This document shows positions 45,656 through 53,112 of a stretch of 53,112 bases of DNA, in pieces. The position numbers were made by a program, and so were the translations under genes. The stretch comes from Actinomycetota bacterium (GTDB lineage Bacteria; Actinomycetota; UBA4738; HRBIN12): positions 1 through 53,112 of the forward strand of contig JBJTIF010000078.1 in NCBI GenBank assembly GCA_046094825.1, in the 5' to 3' direction. The notes under the pieces were generated by a model. The model searched no databases, was not told the DNA's origin, and worked only from the letters and a program-made list of their open reading frames with translations. Within the stretch, counting starts at the first letter, position 1. Each line of letters begins with the position of its first letter.

Positions 45656-46540
45656 CTAGCCCGCGACCGGACCGGCGAGGCGCGTCGCGCGGTCGACGAG
45701 CGTCGGGTCGCCGAGGTCCTCGGCGACCGCGGCGAACCGCGGCTCGGGGCCGCGCCACACCCAGGACGCGACCGTCCCGACGTCGCACGTCGCGTCGAGC
45801 GTCGCGATCCTGCGGAAGAGCATCGCGTCCTCGCGGGCCCCCGCGAGCGTCGCCGCGAGCTTCGCGGCCCCGCGGACGACGACGCCGTCGGCGGCCCACC
45901 GCGCCGGGTCGTCGGGGATCGCCGCGATCGTGCCGTAGCGCGTGAGGACCGCGGTCGCGGACTTCGCGCCCCATCCGGGGAGCCCGGGGAACCCGTCCGA
46001 TGCGTCCCCGACGAGCCCGAGCCAGTCGGGCACGCCCTCGGGCCCGACGCCGAACCGCGCGCGGACGTCGTCCTCGGTCGTCTCCGCGCCGCTCCGCCGG
46101 TCGACCTGGATGACGCGCGACCCGCGGACGCACTGCCCGAGGTCCTTGTCCGGCGAGAGGATCCGCACCTGCTCGACGCCCGCGTCGGCGTCGGCGACCG
46201 CCGCCGCCGACGCGAGGCCGTCGTCGGCCTCCTCCCGGCCCATCGCCCAGACCGTGACGCCCATCGCGCGGAGCGCCTCCTCGACGATCGGGATCTGCTC
46301 GAGGAGCTCGGGTTCCATCCCCTCGCTCGACTTGTAGCCCGGCCAGAGGTCGTTGCGGAACGACTCGATCACGTGGTCGGTCGCGACCCCGAGGTGCGTC
46401 GCGCCATCGGCGATGAGCCGGAGCGTCGAGCGGAGCACGCCGACCGTGGCCGCGTACGGCGCGCGGTCGGCGCCCGGCTGCCCGTAGTGCTGCCGGTAGA
46501 GCTCGTACGTGCCGTCGACGAGGTGGACGGTGATCCCCAT
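45656..46540 (-). CDS. Stand-alone 5'-3' exonuclease/flap endonuclease
   Basis: LVDG, FRND...YK, EADD, DKDL, LVGDASDGFPGLPGWGAKSA. Confidence 0.9.
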   Translation of the reverse strand: MGITVHLVDGTYELYRQHYGQPGADRAPYAATVGVLRSTLRLIADGATHLGVATDHVIESFRNDLWPGYKSSEGMEPELLEQIPIVEEALRAMGVTVWAMGREEADDGLASAAAVADADAGVEQVRILSPDKDLGQCVRGSRVIQVDRRSGAETTEDDVRARFGVGPEGVPDWLGLVGDASDGFPGLPGWGAKSATAVLTRYGTIAAIPDDPARWAADGVVVRGAAKLAATLAGAREDAMLFRRIATLDATCDVGTVASWVWRGPEPRFAAVAEDLGDPTLVDRATRLAGPVAG

Positions 46541-46623
46541 GGGGAGATGGAACCACGGACCGCGGCGGTGGGGACGGGGAGCGGGACGCCCGTGCCCGGG
46601 CGGGGTGGGTCAGCCCGCGATCG

Positions 46624-47664
46624 TCAGGGTGTGACGGTGCAGGCGTTCGGCAACGTCGCCGACCCGACGCTGAGGTCCCAGACGGGATCCGCCCCGGCCT
46701 TCTTGCGCCCGATCGTGAGCGTCGCCGTGATCGTCGTGTCGCTCACGACGACGACGTTGCGGAGCGAGGGTGCCGGACCGTTGCCGTTCGCGAAGGAGAC
46801 GGCGATGCCCGAGGTGAACCCGGTCCCCGTGATCGTGACGGCGACGGAGGTGCCGATGCGCGCCTGCGTGGGCGAGATCGAGGCGAGGGTCGGCGCCACG
46901 GGCGCGTCGCAGCTGTTCGCGTTCAGGACCTGGACGGTCCTCGCGGCGACCCCGATCCGCAGGAGCACGCACGACCGGTTGTCGGCCTCGCTCGCCTCCG
47001 TCAGCCGGTTCTGCGGATCGACGTCGACGAAGAGCTTGTAGTCGCCGTCGGCGAGGCCGGTGAGGTCGATCGACTGCCCGGCGAGCGTGGAGCCGTACCG
47101 GTCGCCCCACCCGACCGACATCCCCTGCGTCGAACTCCCGCACGTCGTGTAGAAGCCGCTCGTCGGCGACCCCGCGAGCGTCCCGTCGATGCGGTTCGTG
47201 TCCATGACGCAGAAGGTCGTCTTCTGCGACGTGCGACCCGACGCCCCGGTCGCGGCGGCCGGCTGGAGCGTGTAGACCGCGTACCCCTCGAAGTGGAAGT
47301 GGTTGTGGAGCGGGTGCCACACGAACGACCCCGCGAGGCGCTTCGCCTCGCCCCCGCCCTCGAGCTTGATCCACTGCCAGACGTCCTGGCTGTTCGTGGT
47401 GCTGTCGGTGCTGCCCGCGACGAGCGTGAGCGGACCGGTGCCGGCGTTCCAGGAGATCGTCGAGAACCGGAGCTGCGGCGCCCCCGCGGCGTCGACCGCG
47501 ATCGAGATCTCGCGCGCGGGGAGCGCCTGGAGGTTCGGGAGCATCTGGTCCCCGACCGCGGCCTCCGCGCGCCACGTCGGGACGAGCACCGTGCCCGCGA
47601 AGGCCGCCGTCACGGTGACGAGGCCGACGGCGAGGGCGATCGCGACGCGGGGGCGGTGGGCCAT
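46624..47664 (-). CDS. Secreted lysyl-oxidase-like protein with C-terminal IPT/TIG domain
   Basis: Signal peptide; LRFST..WNAG.GP; WHPLHNHFH Cu motif; QKTTFC; GMSVGWGDRY; VDPQN...E.DN; ISP...TITGTGF. Confidence 0.85.
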   Translation of the reverse strand: MAHRPRVAIALAVGLVTVTAAFAGTVLVPTWRAEAAVGDQMLPNLQALPAREISIAVDAAGAPQLRFSTISWNAGTGPLTLVAGSTDSTTNSQDVWQWIKLEGGGEAKRLAGSFVWHPLHNHFHFEGYAVYTLQPAAATGASGRTSQKTTFCVMDTNRIDGTLAGSPTSGFYTTCGSSTQGMSVGWGDRYGSTLAGQSIDLTGLADGDYKLFVDVDPQNRLTEASEADNRSCVLLRIGVAARTVQVLNANSCDAPVAPTLASISPTQARIGTSVAVTITGTGFTSGIAVSFANGNGPAPSLRNVVVVSDTTITATLTIGRKKAGADPVWDLSVGSATLPNACTVTP

Positions 47665-47715
47665 CGGCGGAGGATACCGGGGGGCGGGCCTCGCGCCCGC
47701 AGGTAGCCTCTCCGG

Positions 47716-49683
47716 GTGCGCCGCAGCTCCGTCCGCGACCTCACCCGCCTCGCGCTCGTGTCCGCGCTCACGCTCGGGCTCGTCGGGTTCGGCGTCGTCC
47801 GCGGCGAACGGGCCGACGCGGCGGTCCCCGCGGGGTTCGCGCAGACGACGGTCGTGAGTGGCCTCGCGAACCCGACGGCCATGGCCTTCGCGCCCGATGG
47901 CCGGCTCTTCGTCGCGACGCAGGGCGGGGCGCTCCGGGTGGTGAAGGACGGAGCCCTCCTCCCGACGCCGTTCCTCACCGTGACGGTGAGTTCGAGCGGC
48001 GAGCGGGGGTTGCTCGGGGTCGCGTTCGACCCGAACTTCGCGTCGAACCGCTACGTCTACGTCTACTACACGGCCACGACGCCGGTCGTGCACAACCGCG
48101 TGAGCCGCTTCACGGCGGACGGCGACGTCGCGCTCGCGGGGAGCGAGGTCGTCCTCCTCGACCTCGATCCGCTGTCGAGCGCCACGAACCACAACGGCGG
48201 TGCGCTCCACTTCGGCACCGACGGCAAGCTCTACATCGCGGTCGGCGACAACGCCTCGGGCGCGAACGCCCAGAGCATGAGCACACTCCTCGGCAAGATC
48301 CTCCGTCTGAACGCCGACGGGTCGATCCCGAGCGACAACCCCTTCTTCCTCACCGCGACGGGCCTGCGCCGCTCGATCTGGGCGACGGGCCTGCGCAACC
48401 CCTACACGTTCGCCGTGCACCCGGGCACCGGTCGCATGTTCGTGAACGACGTGGGGCAGTTCACGTGGGAGGAGATCGACGACGGGATCGCGGGGGCGAA
48501 CTACGGCTGGCCGAACTCCGAGGGGCCGACCTCGGCGATCGGCGTGACCGGCCCGCTCTACTGGTACGGGCACGGGACGGGCGCGACGCTCGGGTGCGCG
48601 ATCAGCGGTGGCACGTTCTACGCCCCGGTGACGCCGGTCTTCCCCGCCGAGTACGTCGGTGACTACTTCTTCGCCGACTACTGCGGGAACTGGATCAACC
48701 GCGTGGACCCGGCGACGGGCTTCACGGTGGCGACGTTCGCGACCGGCGTCACCGCGCCGGTCGACCTCGACGTCGCGGCGGACGGCAGCCTCTACTACCT
48801 CGCGCGGGGCGGCGGGTCGTCGACGGGTGTCGTCGGTCGCATCGCGTACACCGCGAGCGGCGCGCCGACGATCGCGCAGCAGCCCGCGAGCCTCACCGTC
48901 TCCTCCGGTGCCCCCGCGACCTTCTCGGTCACCGCGTCGGGGACCGGTCCGCTCACGTACGCCTGGCAGCGCAACGGCGTACCGATCCCGGGTGCGACGG
49001 GTGCGACGTACACGCTCGGATCGACCGCGCTCGCCGACTCGGGAGCGACGTTCCGCTGCGTCGTCACGAACGGCGAGGGGTCGGCGACGAGCCTCGCGGC
49101 GACGCTCACGGTCGTCACGAACACGGCGCCCGTCGCGTCGATCACCGCGCCGACGGCGTCGACGTACCGCGCGGGCTCGCAGATCTCGTTCGCCGGGACC
49201 GCGACCGACGCGCAGGAGACGCTCGCGGGCACGCGGTTCACCTGGGAGATCGTCCTCCACCACGACGCGCACACGCATCCCGCCCTCGGACCGGTGACCG
49301 GGACGAGCGGGACGTACACGATCCCGAACACGGGCGAGACCTCGACGAACGTCTGGTACGAGCTCCGTCTCACCGTGACGGACTCCGGCGGCCTCGTCGG
49401 CACCGCGAGCCGCGCGATCGTCCCCCTGACGGTCACGCTCACCCTCGCGTCGAACCCGGCCGGCCTCGCCCTCACGCTCGACGGACAGCCGTGCACCGCG
49501 CCCTGCGTGGTCGGGAGCGTCGTCGGGATGCTCCGCACGATCGGCGCGGTGACCCCGCAGACCGCATCGGGGACGAGCTACGTCTTCGGGTCGTGGTCGG
49601 ACCGGGGACGGGCGTCCCACACGATCACCACGCCGTCCACGTCGACGACGTACACCGCGACGTTCAAGCGCGCGAAGGCGTAG
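47716..49683 (+). CDS. Secreted PQQ-dependent glucose/sorbosone dehydrogenase-family protein with Ig-like tail
   Basis: GERGLLG.AFDP, NHNGG, GKILR, GLRNP, EEI, NYGWP; Ig domain (GPLTYAWQRNG...DSGATFRC). Confidence 0.9.
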   Translation: MRRSSVRDLTRLALVSALTLGLVGFGVVRGERADAAVPAGFAQTTVVSGLANPTAMAFAPDGRLFVATQGGALRVVKDGALLPTPFLTVTVSSSGERGLLGVAFDPNFASNRYVYVYYTATTPVVHNRVSRFTADGDVALAGSEVVLLDLDPLSSATNHNGGALHFGTDGKLYIAVGDNASGANAQSMSTLLGKILRLNADGSIPSDNPFFLTATGLRRSIWATGLRNPYTFAVHPGTGRMFVNDVGQFTWEEIDDGIAGANYGWPNSEGPTSAIGVTGPLYWYGHGTGATLGCAISGGTFYAPVTPVFPAEYVGDYFFADYCGNWINRVDPATGFTVATFATGVTAPVDLDVAADGSLYYLARGGGSSTGVVGRIAYTASGAPTIAQQPASLTVSSGAPATFSVTASGTGPLTYAWQRNGVPIPGATGATYTLGSTALADSGATFRCVVTNGEGSATSLAATLTVVTNTAPVASITAPTASTYRAGSQISFAGTATDAQETLAGTRFTWEIVLHHDAHTHPALGPVTGTSGTYTIPNTGETSTNVWYELRLTVTDSGGLVGTASRAIVPLTVTLTLASNPAGLALTLDGQPCTAPCVVGSVVGMLRTIGAVTPQTASGTSYVFGSWSDRGRASHTITTPSTSTTYTATFKRAKA

Positions 49684-49690
49684 GCCGGAC

Positions 49691-50545
49691 TCAGCCGACG
49701 ACCGTGAAGGTCGTCGCGTCCTCGGCGACGAGCGCACCGTCCTTCGCCGAGTACTCCGCGGCGCGGAACGTGTACGTGCCCGGCGCGAGCGAGCCGAGGT
49801 CGACCGACCAGGGCGAGCGCACCGGACAGGCCTCCGCGGCCGTCGTCGCGCCCCCGTCGATCCTCGCGCCCGCGGCATCCGTGAGCTCCCACGCGACGTT
49901 CGCCTCGAACGTGCACGCCTCGCCGCGGACGACGACCGGTGCGGCGACCTCCGCGTCCTCCCGGGGTTCGAGCACCGCGACCGGTGCGAGCACCGCGTCG
50001 TCGGGCCCGAGGACGAACGTCCCCGTCGCATCGACGTGGCCCGCGAGCGTCTCGACCGTCCGCCCGTCGACGGTGATGCGGAGCGCCTCGATCTCGGGGT
50101 CGGCGAACGCGATCGTCCACAGGAGCTGGTCGATCGCCCGGAGTTCGCCCTCGGCGCCGACGTTCAGTCGGCCGAGGTGCAGGTCGAGCACCGCGCTCTC
50201 CGCCGACCGCGTGAGCGACCGGACCCTCGATCCGGACCCCGACCACGGCGACGCGTGGGCCCGATCGAGGGGCGCGATCCCCTCGTCGAGCAGCGCGCGG
50301 AGCGCGGCGAGCGCGAGATCATCGTCCACGGGGATGCTCCGCACCTCGGGGAAGAGCCGGAGCCCGAGGGCCGTGTCCCCGACGAAGAAGATCGTGAGGT
50401 CGGTCTGCGGCGGTCCGCTCGGCGACACCGTGACCGAGGGGGTCCGCGACGGCGCGGGGGTCGGCGCGACCGCACCGGTCCCGCACGCGCCCGCGATGAG
50501 CGCCGCGACGAGGAGGAGCGGGACGAAGCGGCGGGTCGCGATCAC
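49691..50545 (-). CDS. Lipoprotein with GerMN and Gmad2-like Ig domains
   Basis: Lipobox IAGAC; AIDQLLWT...ITVDG; GEACTFEANV; SAKDG; AAGGAGG SD. Confidence 0.8.
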   Translation of the reverse strand: MIATRRFVPLLLVAALIAGACGTGAVAPTPAPSRTPSVTVSPSGPPQTDLTIFFVGDTALGLRLFPEVRSIPVDDDLALAALRALLDEGIAPLDRAHASPWSGSGSRVRSLTRSAESAVLDLHLGRLNVGAEGELRAIDQLLWTIAFADPEIEALRITVDGRTVETLAGHVDATGTFVLGPDDAVLAPVAVLEPREDAEVAAPVVVRGEACTFEANVAWELTDAAGARIDGGATTAAEACPVRSPWSVDLGSLAPGTYTFRAAEYSAKDGALVAEDATTFTVVG

Positions 50546-50589
50546 GTCGAACCTCCTTGCTCCTCCAGTACACCACTAGAGTCGGAGGC

Positions 50590-51258
50590 CTGGATCCCAC
50601 CGCGTCGCTCGTCGCCGCAGCGTGCGGCTACCTCTCGGGTTCGGTCTCCTGGACCCGGGTGCTCGCGCGCTGGGCCACACCCGGCGCCGACCTCTCCTCG
50701 ACGCGCTACGCGGTGAGCGCCGACGAGGCGATCGCGTTCGATCGGGTGAGCTCGACCTCCCTCACCGTGCGGGGACGGGGGCGCTGGGGGTTCGCCGCGA
50801 TGCTCGGCGACCTCCTGAAGGCCGTGATCCCCGTCCTCCTCGCGCGACGCTGGGGCGGCGACGCGGCGGCGCTCGCGGCGGGGGTCGCCGCGGTCGTCGG
50901 CCACGTGTGGCCGGTGTTCCACCGGTTCCGCGGCGGGTTCGGCGTCACGACGACCCTCGGCGCGCTGCTCGTCCTCGACCCGCTCGCGCTCGTCGGGGCG
51001 ATCGCCGCGTCGCTCGTCCTCGGCGTCGTGGTCGCTGACCGCGTGGTCGCGTACGACGGGTGGCTCCCGCTGCTCCTCCTCTGGTACGTGGTGGGGGGCG
51101 AGGTCGCCGACGCCGTCGCGATCGCGGTCCTGTTCGCGGTCTCCGCGTGGGTGTCGCGGGAGGAGTGGCGTCGGCACGTGCGGGATCGACGCGACCATCC
51201 GCGACCGTGGCGCGAGCGGCTCCGCGACGTCACGATGGGCTACGTCGGCAGGCGCTGA
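50590..51258 (+). CDS. PlsY-like glycerol-3-phosphate acyltransferase (start uncertain: CTG 50590 or TTG 50557)
   Basis: GYLSGSV, GDLLKA, VVGHVWPVFHRFRGGFGV. Confidence 0.8.
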   Translation: MDPTASLVAAACGYLSGSVSWTRVLARWATPGADLSSTRYAVSADEAIAFDRVSSTSLTVRGRGRWGFAAMLGDLLKAVIPVLLARRWGGDAAALAAGVAAVVGHVWPVFHRFRGGFGVTTTLGALLVLDPLALVGAIAASLVLGVVVADRVVAYDGWLPLLLLWYVVGGEVADAVAIAVLFAVSAWVSREEWRRHVRDRRDHPRPWRERLRDVTMGYVGRR

Positions 51259-51303
51259 CCGCCCCGTGGAGCGGCGACCGTCGCGCCGTCGGCCGGGGCT
51301 CGG

Positions 51304-52050
51304 CTAGCGGATCGCCGTGACGAGCTGCGTGAGGAGGGGCGCGACGACGAGCGCCGGCAGGAGATCGCCGACCGGGACCGCACGCACCTCGAGGATCCGC
51401 AGGCCGACGCCGAGGAGGAGCACGCCGCCGGTCGCGGTGAGCGCGGCGACGGCCGAGGTCGAGAGCGCCGCGCCCGCGAGGATCGCCCCGATCGTCACCG
51501 CCCCCTGCCACACCCCGACGGGAAGCGCCGACGCCGCGACGCCCCAGCCGAGCGAGGCCGCGAACGCGAGCGATGCGAAGCCGTCGAGCGTCGCCTTCAG
51601 CGCGAGCTGATCGATCCCGCGGCCGAGGCCGTCGCTGATCGCCCCGAGGATCGCGAGCGGGCCGATCGTGAAGATGAGCGACGCGTCGACGAACCCCTCG
51701 ACGAACCGCGCGCGCGACAGGTGCTCCGCGCCCTCCGGGGCGAACCGTCGCTGGAGGGCACCCCCGAGCGCCTCGAGCCGGGCCTCGATCCGCAGCGCCG
51801 AGCCGACGATGCCGCCGAGCAGGAGCGCACCGAGGACGACGAGGAGCGTCACGCCGCCACCGACCGCGTCGACGAAGTCCGCGTCGCGGAGCGCGACGAC
51901 GTTCAGCCCGCCGATGACGAGCGTCACGAGCCCGAGCCCGTCGGTGACCGTCCGCGCGGTGCGCTCGGGCAGGCGGTTGCCGAACGCGATGCCCACCGCC
52001 GACCCGACGAGGATCGCGAGGACGTTCAGGACCGTGCCGAGACCCCTCAC
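51304..52050 (-). CDS. DUF554 family membrane protein
   Basis: GTVLN, GFV.ASL.F..G..AILG.I.DG, KATLDG, G..IL.....VG.LLP. Confidence 0.87.
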   Translation of the reverse strand: MRGLGTVLNVLAILVGSAVGIAFGNRLPERTARTVTDGLGLVTLVIGGLNVVALRDADFVDAVGGGVTLLVVLGALLLGGIVGSALRIEARLEALGGALQRRFAPEGAEHLSRARFVEGFVDASLIFTIGPLAILGAISDGLGRGIDQLALKATLDGFASLAFAASLGWGVAASALPVGVWQGAVTIGAILAGAALSTSAVAALTATGGVLLLGVGLRILEVRAVPVGDLLPALVVAPLLTQLVTAIR

Positions 52051-52073
52051 GCGTCGCTCCCCGGTGCCCGCAT
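52047..52073 (-). other. Putative leaderless short ORF (8 aa)
   Basis: TAGCAT(52081-52086)-7 nt-ATG; MRAPGSDA*; GTGA overlap with DUF554 start. Confidence 0.4.
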
Positions 52074-52099
52074 GGGCCGGATGCTACCGGCGCGGTCCC

Positions 52100-52843
52100 T
52101 CACGCCTCGAGCTCGGGGAACACGGGGTCGTGGGGCGCGGCGACCGTGTCGCCCGCGGCCGCCGCCCCGCGCCCGACGACCCCGATCGCGCGGAGACCGA
52201 GCCCGACGGACGGACCGATGAGCAGCGCGAACGCGAGGGTGCCGAGCCCCACCGTCCCGCCGATGAGCCACCCCGTCGTGAGGACGACGACCTCGATGCC
52301 GAAGCGCACGCGCGCGACCGGCCACCCCGTGCGGAGGTGGATCCCCGTCATCCACCCGTCGCGCGGCCCGGGACCGACGCCGCAGGTCAGGTAGCACCCC
52401 GACCCGAGCCCGACGAGCGCGATCCCGACGAGGAGCCAGACCGCGCGGGTGATCGCCCCCTCCGGGTGCGGGAGGAGTTCGACCGCGACACCGAGCGTCG
52501 TCGAGATCACGAGGATGTTCAGGAGCGTCCCGGGGCCGGGCCGCTCGCGGAGCGGGATCCACAGCAGGAGCACCGTGCAGCCGACGAGGAACGTCGCCGC
52601 GCCGATGCTCCACCCGAGCTGGATCGCGAGGCCCTCGGCGAGGACGGTCCACGGGCTCTGGCCGAGGCCGGCGACGACGACGAACGCCTCGCCGAGGCCG
52701 AAGATCGCGAGCCCGACCACGAGCACCGCGAGCGTCGAGGGCCTCGGACGCCACCGCGACTCGGCGCGCCAGCGCACGTCGGGGATCCGCCGCGACGGGG
52801 CGAACCACCGCGCGAGCGTCGAGAGCGGTGTCGCCCTGGCCAT
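52100..52843 (-). CDS. YczE/YitT family membrane protein
   Basis: LGQSPW, PGPGTLLN, GPGPRDG.M, GG.VG.GT. Confidence 0.87.
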   Translation of the reverse strand: MARATPLSTLARWFAPSRRIPDVRWRAESRWRPRPSTLAVLVVGLAIFGLGEAFVVVAGLGQSPWTVLAEGLAIQLGWSIGAATFLVGCTVLLLWIPLRERPGPGTLLNILVISTTLGVAVELLPHPEGAITRAVWLLVGIALVGLGSGCYLTCGVGPGPRDGWMTGIHLRTGWPVARVRFGIEVVVLTTGWLIGGTVGLGTLAFALLIGPSVGLGLRAIGVVGRGAAAAGDTVAAPHDPVFPELEA

Positions 52844-52909
52844 GCGCGAACCCTACGTGATGGGCCCGGCGCGGATGCACCCTCGCGGACGCTCCCTACA
52901 CTCGACGGC

Positions 52910-53112
52910 ATGGCCGTCACGATCCGTGCCCTCACCGCCGAGGAGGCGCGATCGCTCGCGCACGAGCTCGCCGCGCTCGGGACGCGGTCGAAGGGCGCGT
53001 GGGGCTACGACGACGCGTTCATGGAGCGGTTCGGGGCGCAGATGGGTCCGTGGGTCGAGGGGTTCACCGCGGGCATGGCCGACGACGACGGCCGCCTGCT
53101 CCTCGTCGCCGA
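52910..53112 (+). CDS. Probable GNAT acetyltransferase, truncated by window end
   Basis: MAVTIRAL...RSKGAWGYDDAFM; TACACT 7 nt upstream. Confidence 0.65.
   Translation, partial: MAVTIRALTAEEARSLAHELAALGTRSKGAWGYDDAFMERFGAQMGPWVEGFTAGMADDDGRLLLVA

Noticed and set aside
339-52935. Many long Arg/Pro/Ala-rich alternative-frame and antisense ORFs (e.g. 34407-37751 +, 19817-22582 -, 44618-47041 +)
   Set aside because: Shadows of real genes caused by stop-codon scarcity at very high GC; no recognisable motifs

Overview
Very high-GC actinobacterial chromosomal segment, probably from an uncultured lineage (inferred from gene content and synteny, not a database match). The left ~5 kb looks like an integrase-less genomic islet inserted at the 3' end of tRNA-Leu(CAG): a 22-bp direct repeat at 109-130 and 5010-5031 encloses an FN3 surface protein and a TetR-SDR-epimerase-MBL module. 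Next comes the conserved origin-proximal cell-wall signalling operon fhaA-fhaB-pstP-rodA-pbpA-pknB, with no pknA and extended by a tandem-domain thyX. This is followed by crgA, DnaA-box-like motifs, an orphan CoxL-like molybdoenzyme, an FeS photolyase/cryptochrome, tRNA-Ala(TGC) and terC. The best candidate for an undescribed system is a ~10-kb sulfur locus (29014-39124). One operon runs ArsR, 4x[4Fe-4S]/NrfD fusion, Tat-less DMSO-reductase-family Mo enzyme, TorD chaperone, DsrE2, TusA, SulP. It converges on a CstR-like repressor plus a persulfide-dioxygenase/rhodanese fusion with an altered metal site, and mycoredoxin is divergent across a perfect CsoR/CstR-type operator. The right part holds a 23-aa repeat protein, a GNAT/N-succinylamino-acid racemase pair, amino-sugar genes, a flap endonuclease, and a divergent lysyl-oxidase-like/PQQ-dehydrogenase pair. 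Leaderless promoter geometry is pervasive, and several overlapping mini-ORFs and candidate non-canonical starts are visible. No CRISPR array, rRNA, transposase or integrase was seen. All family calls come from motif recognition by eye, not from searches.
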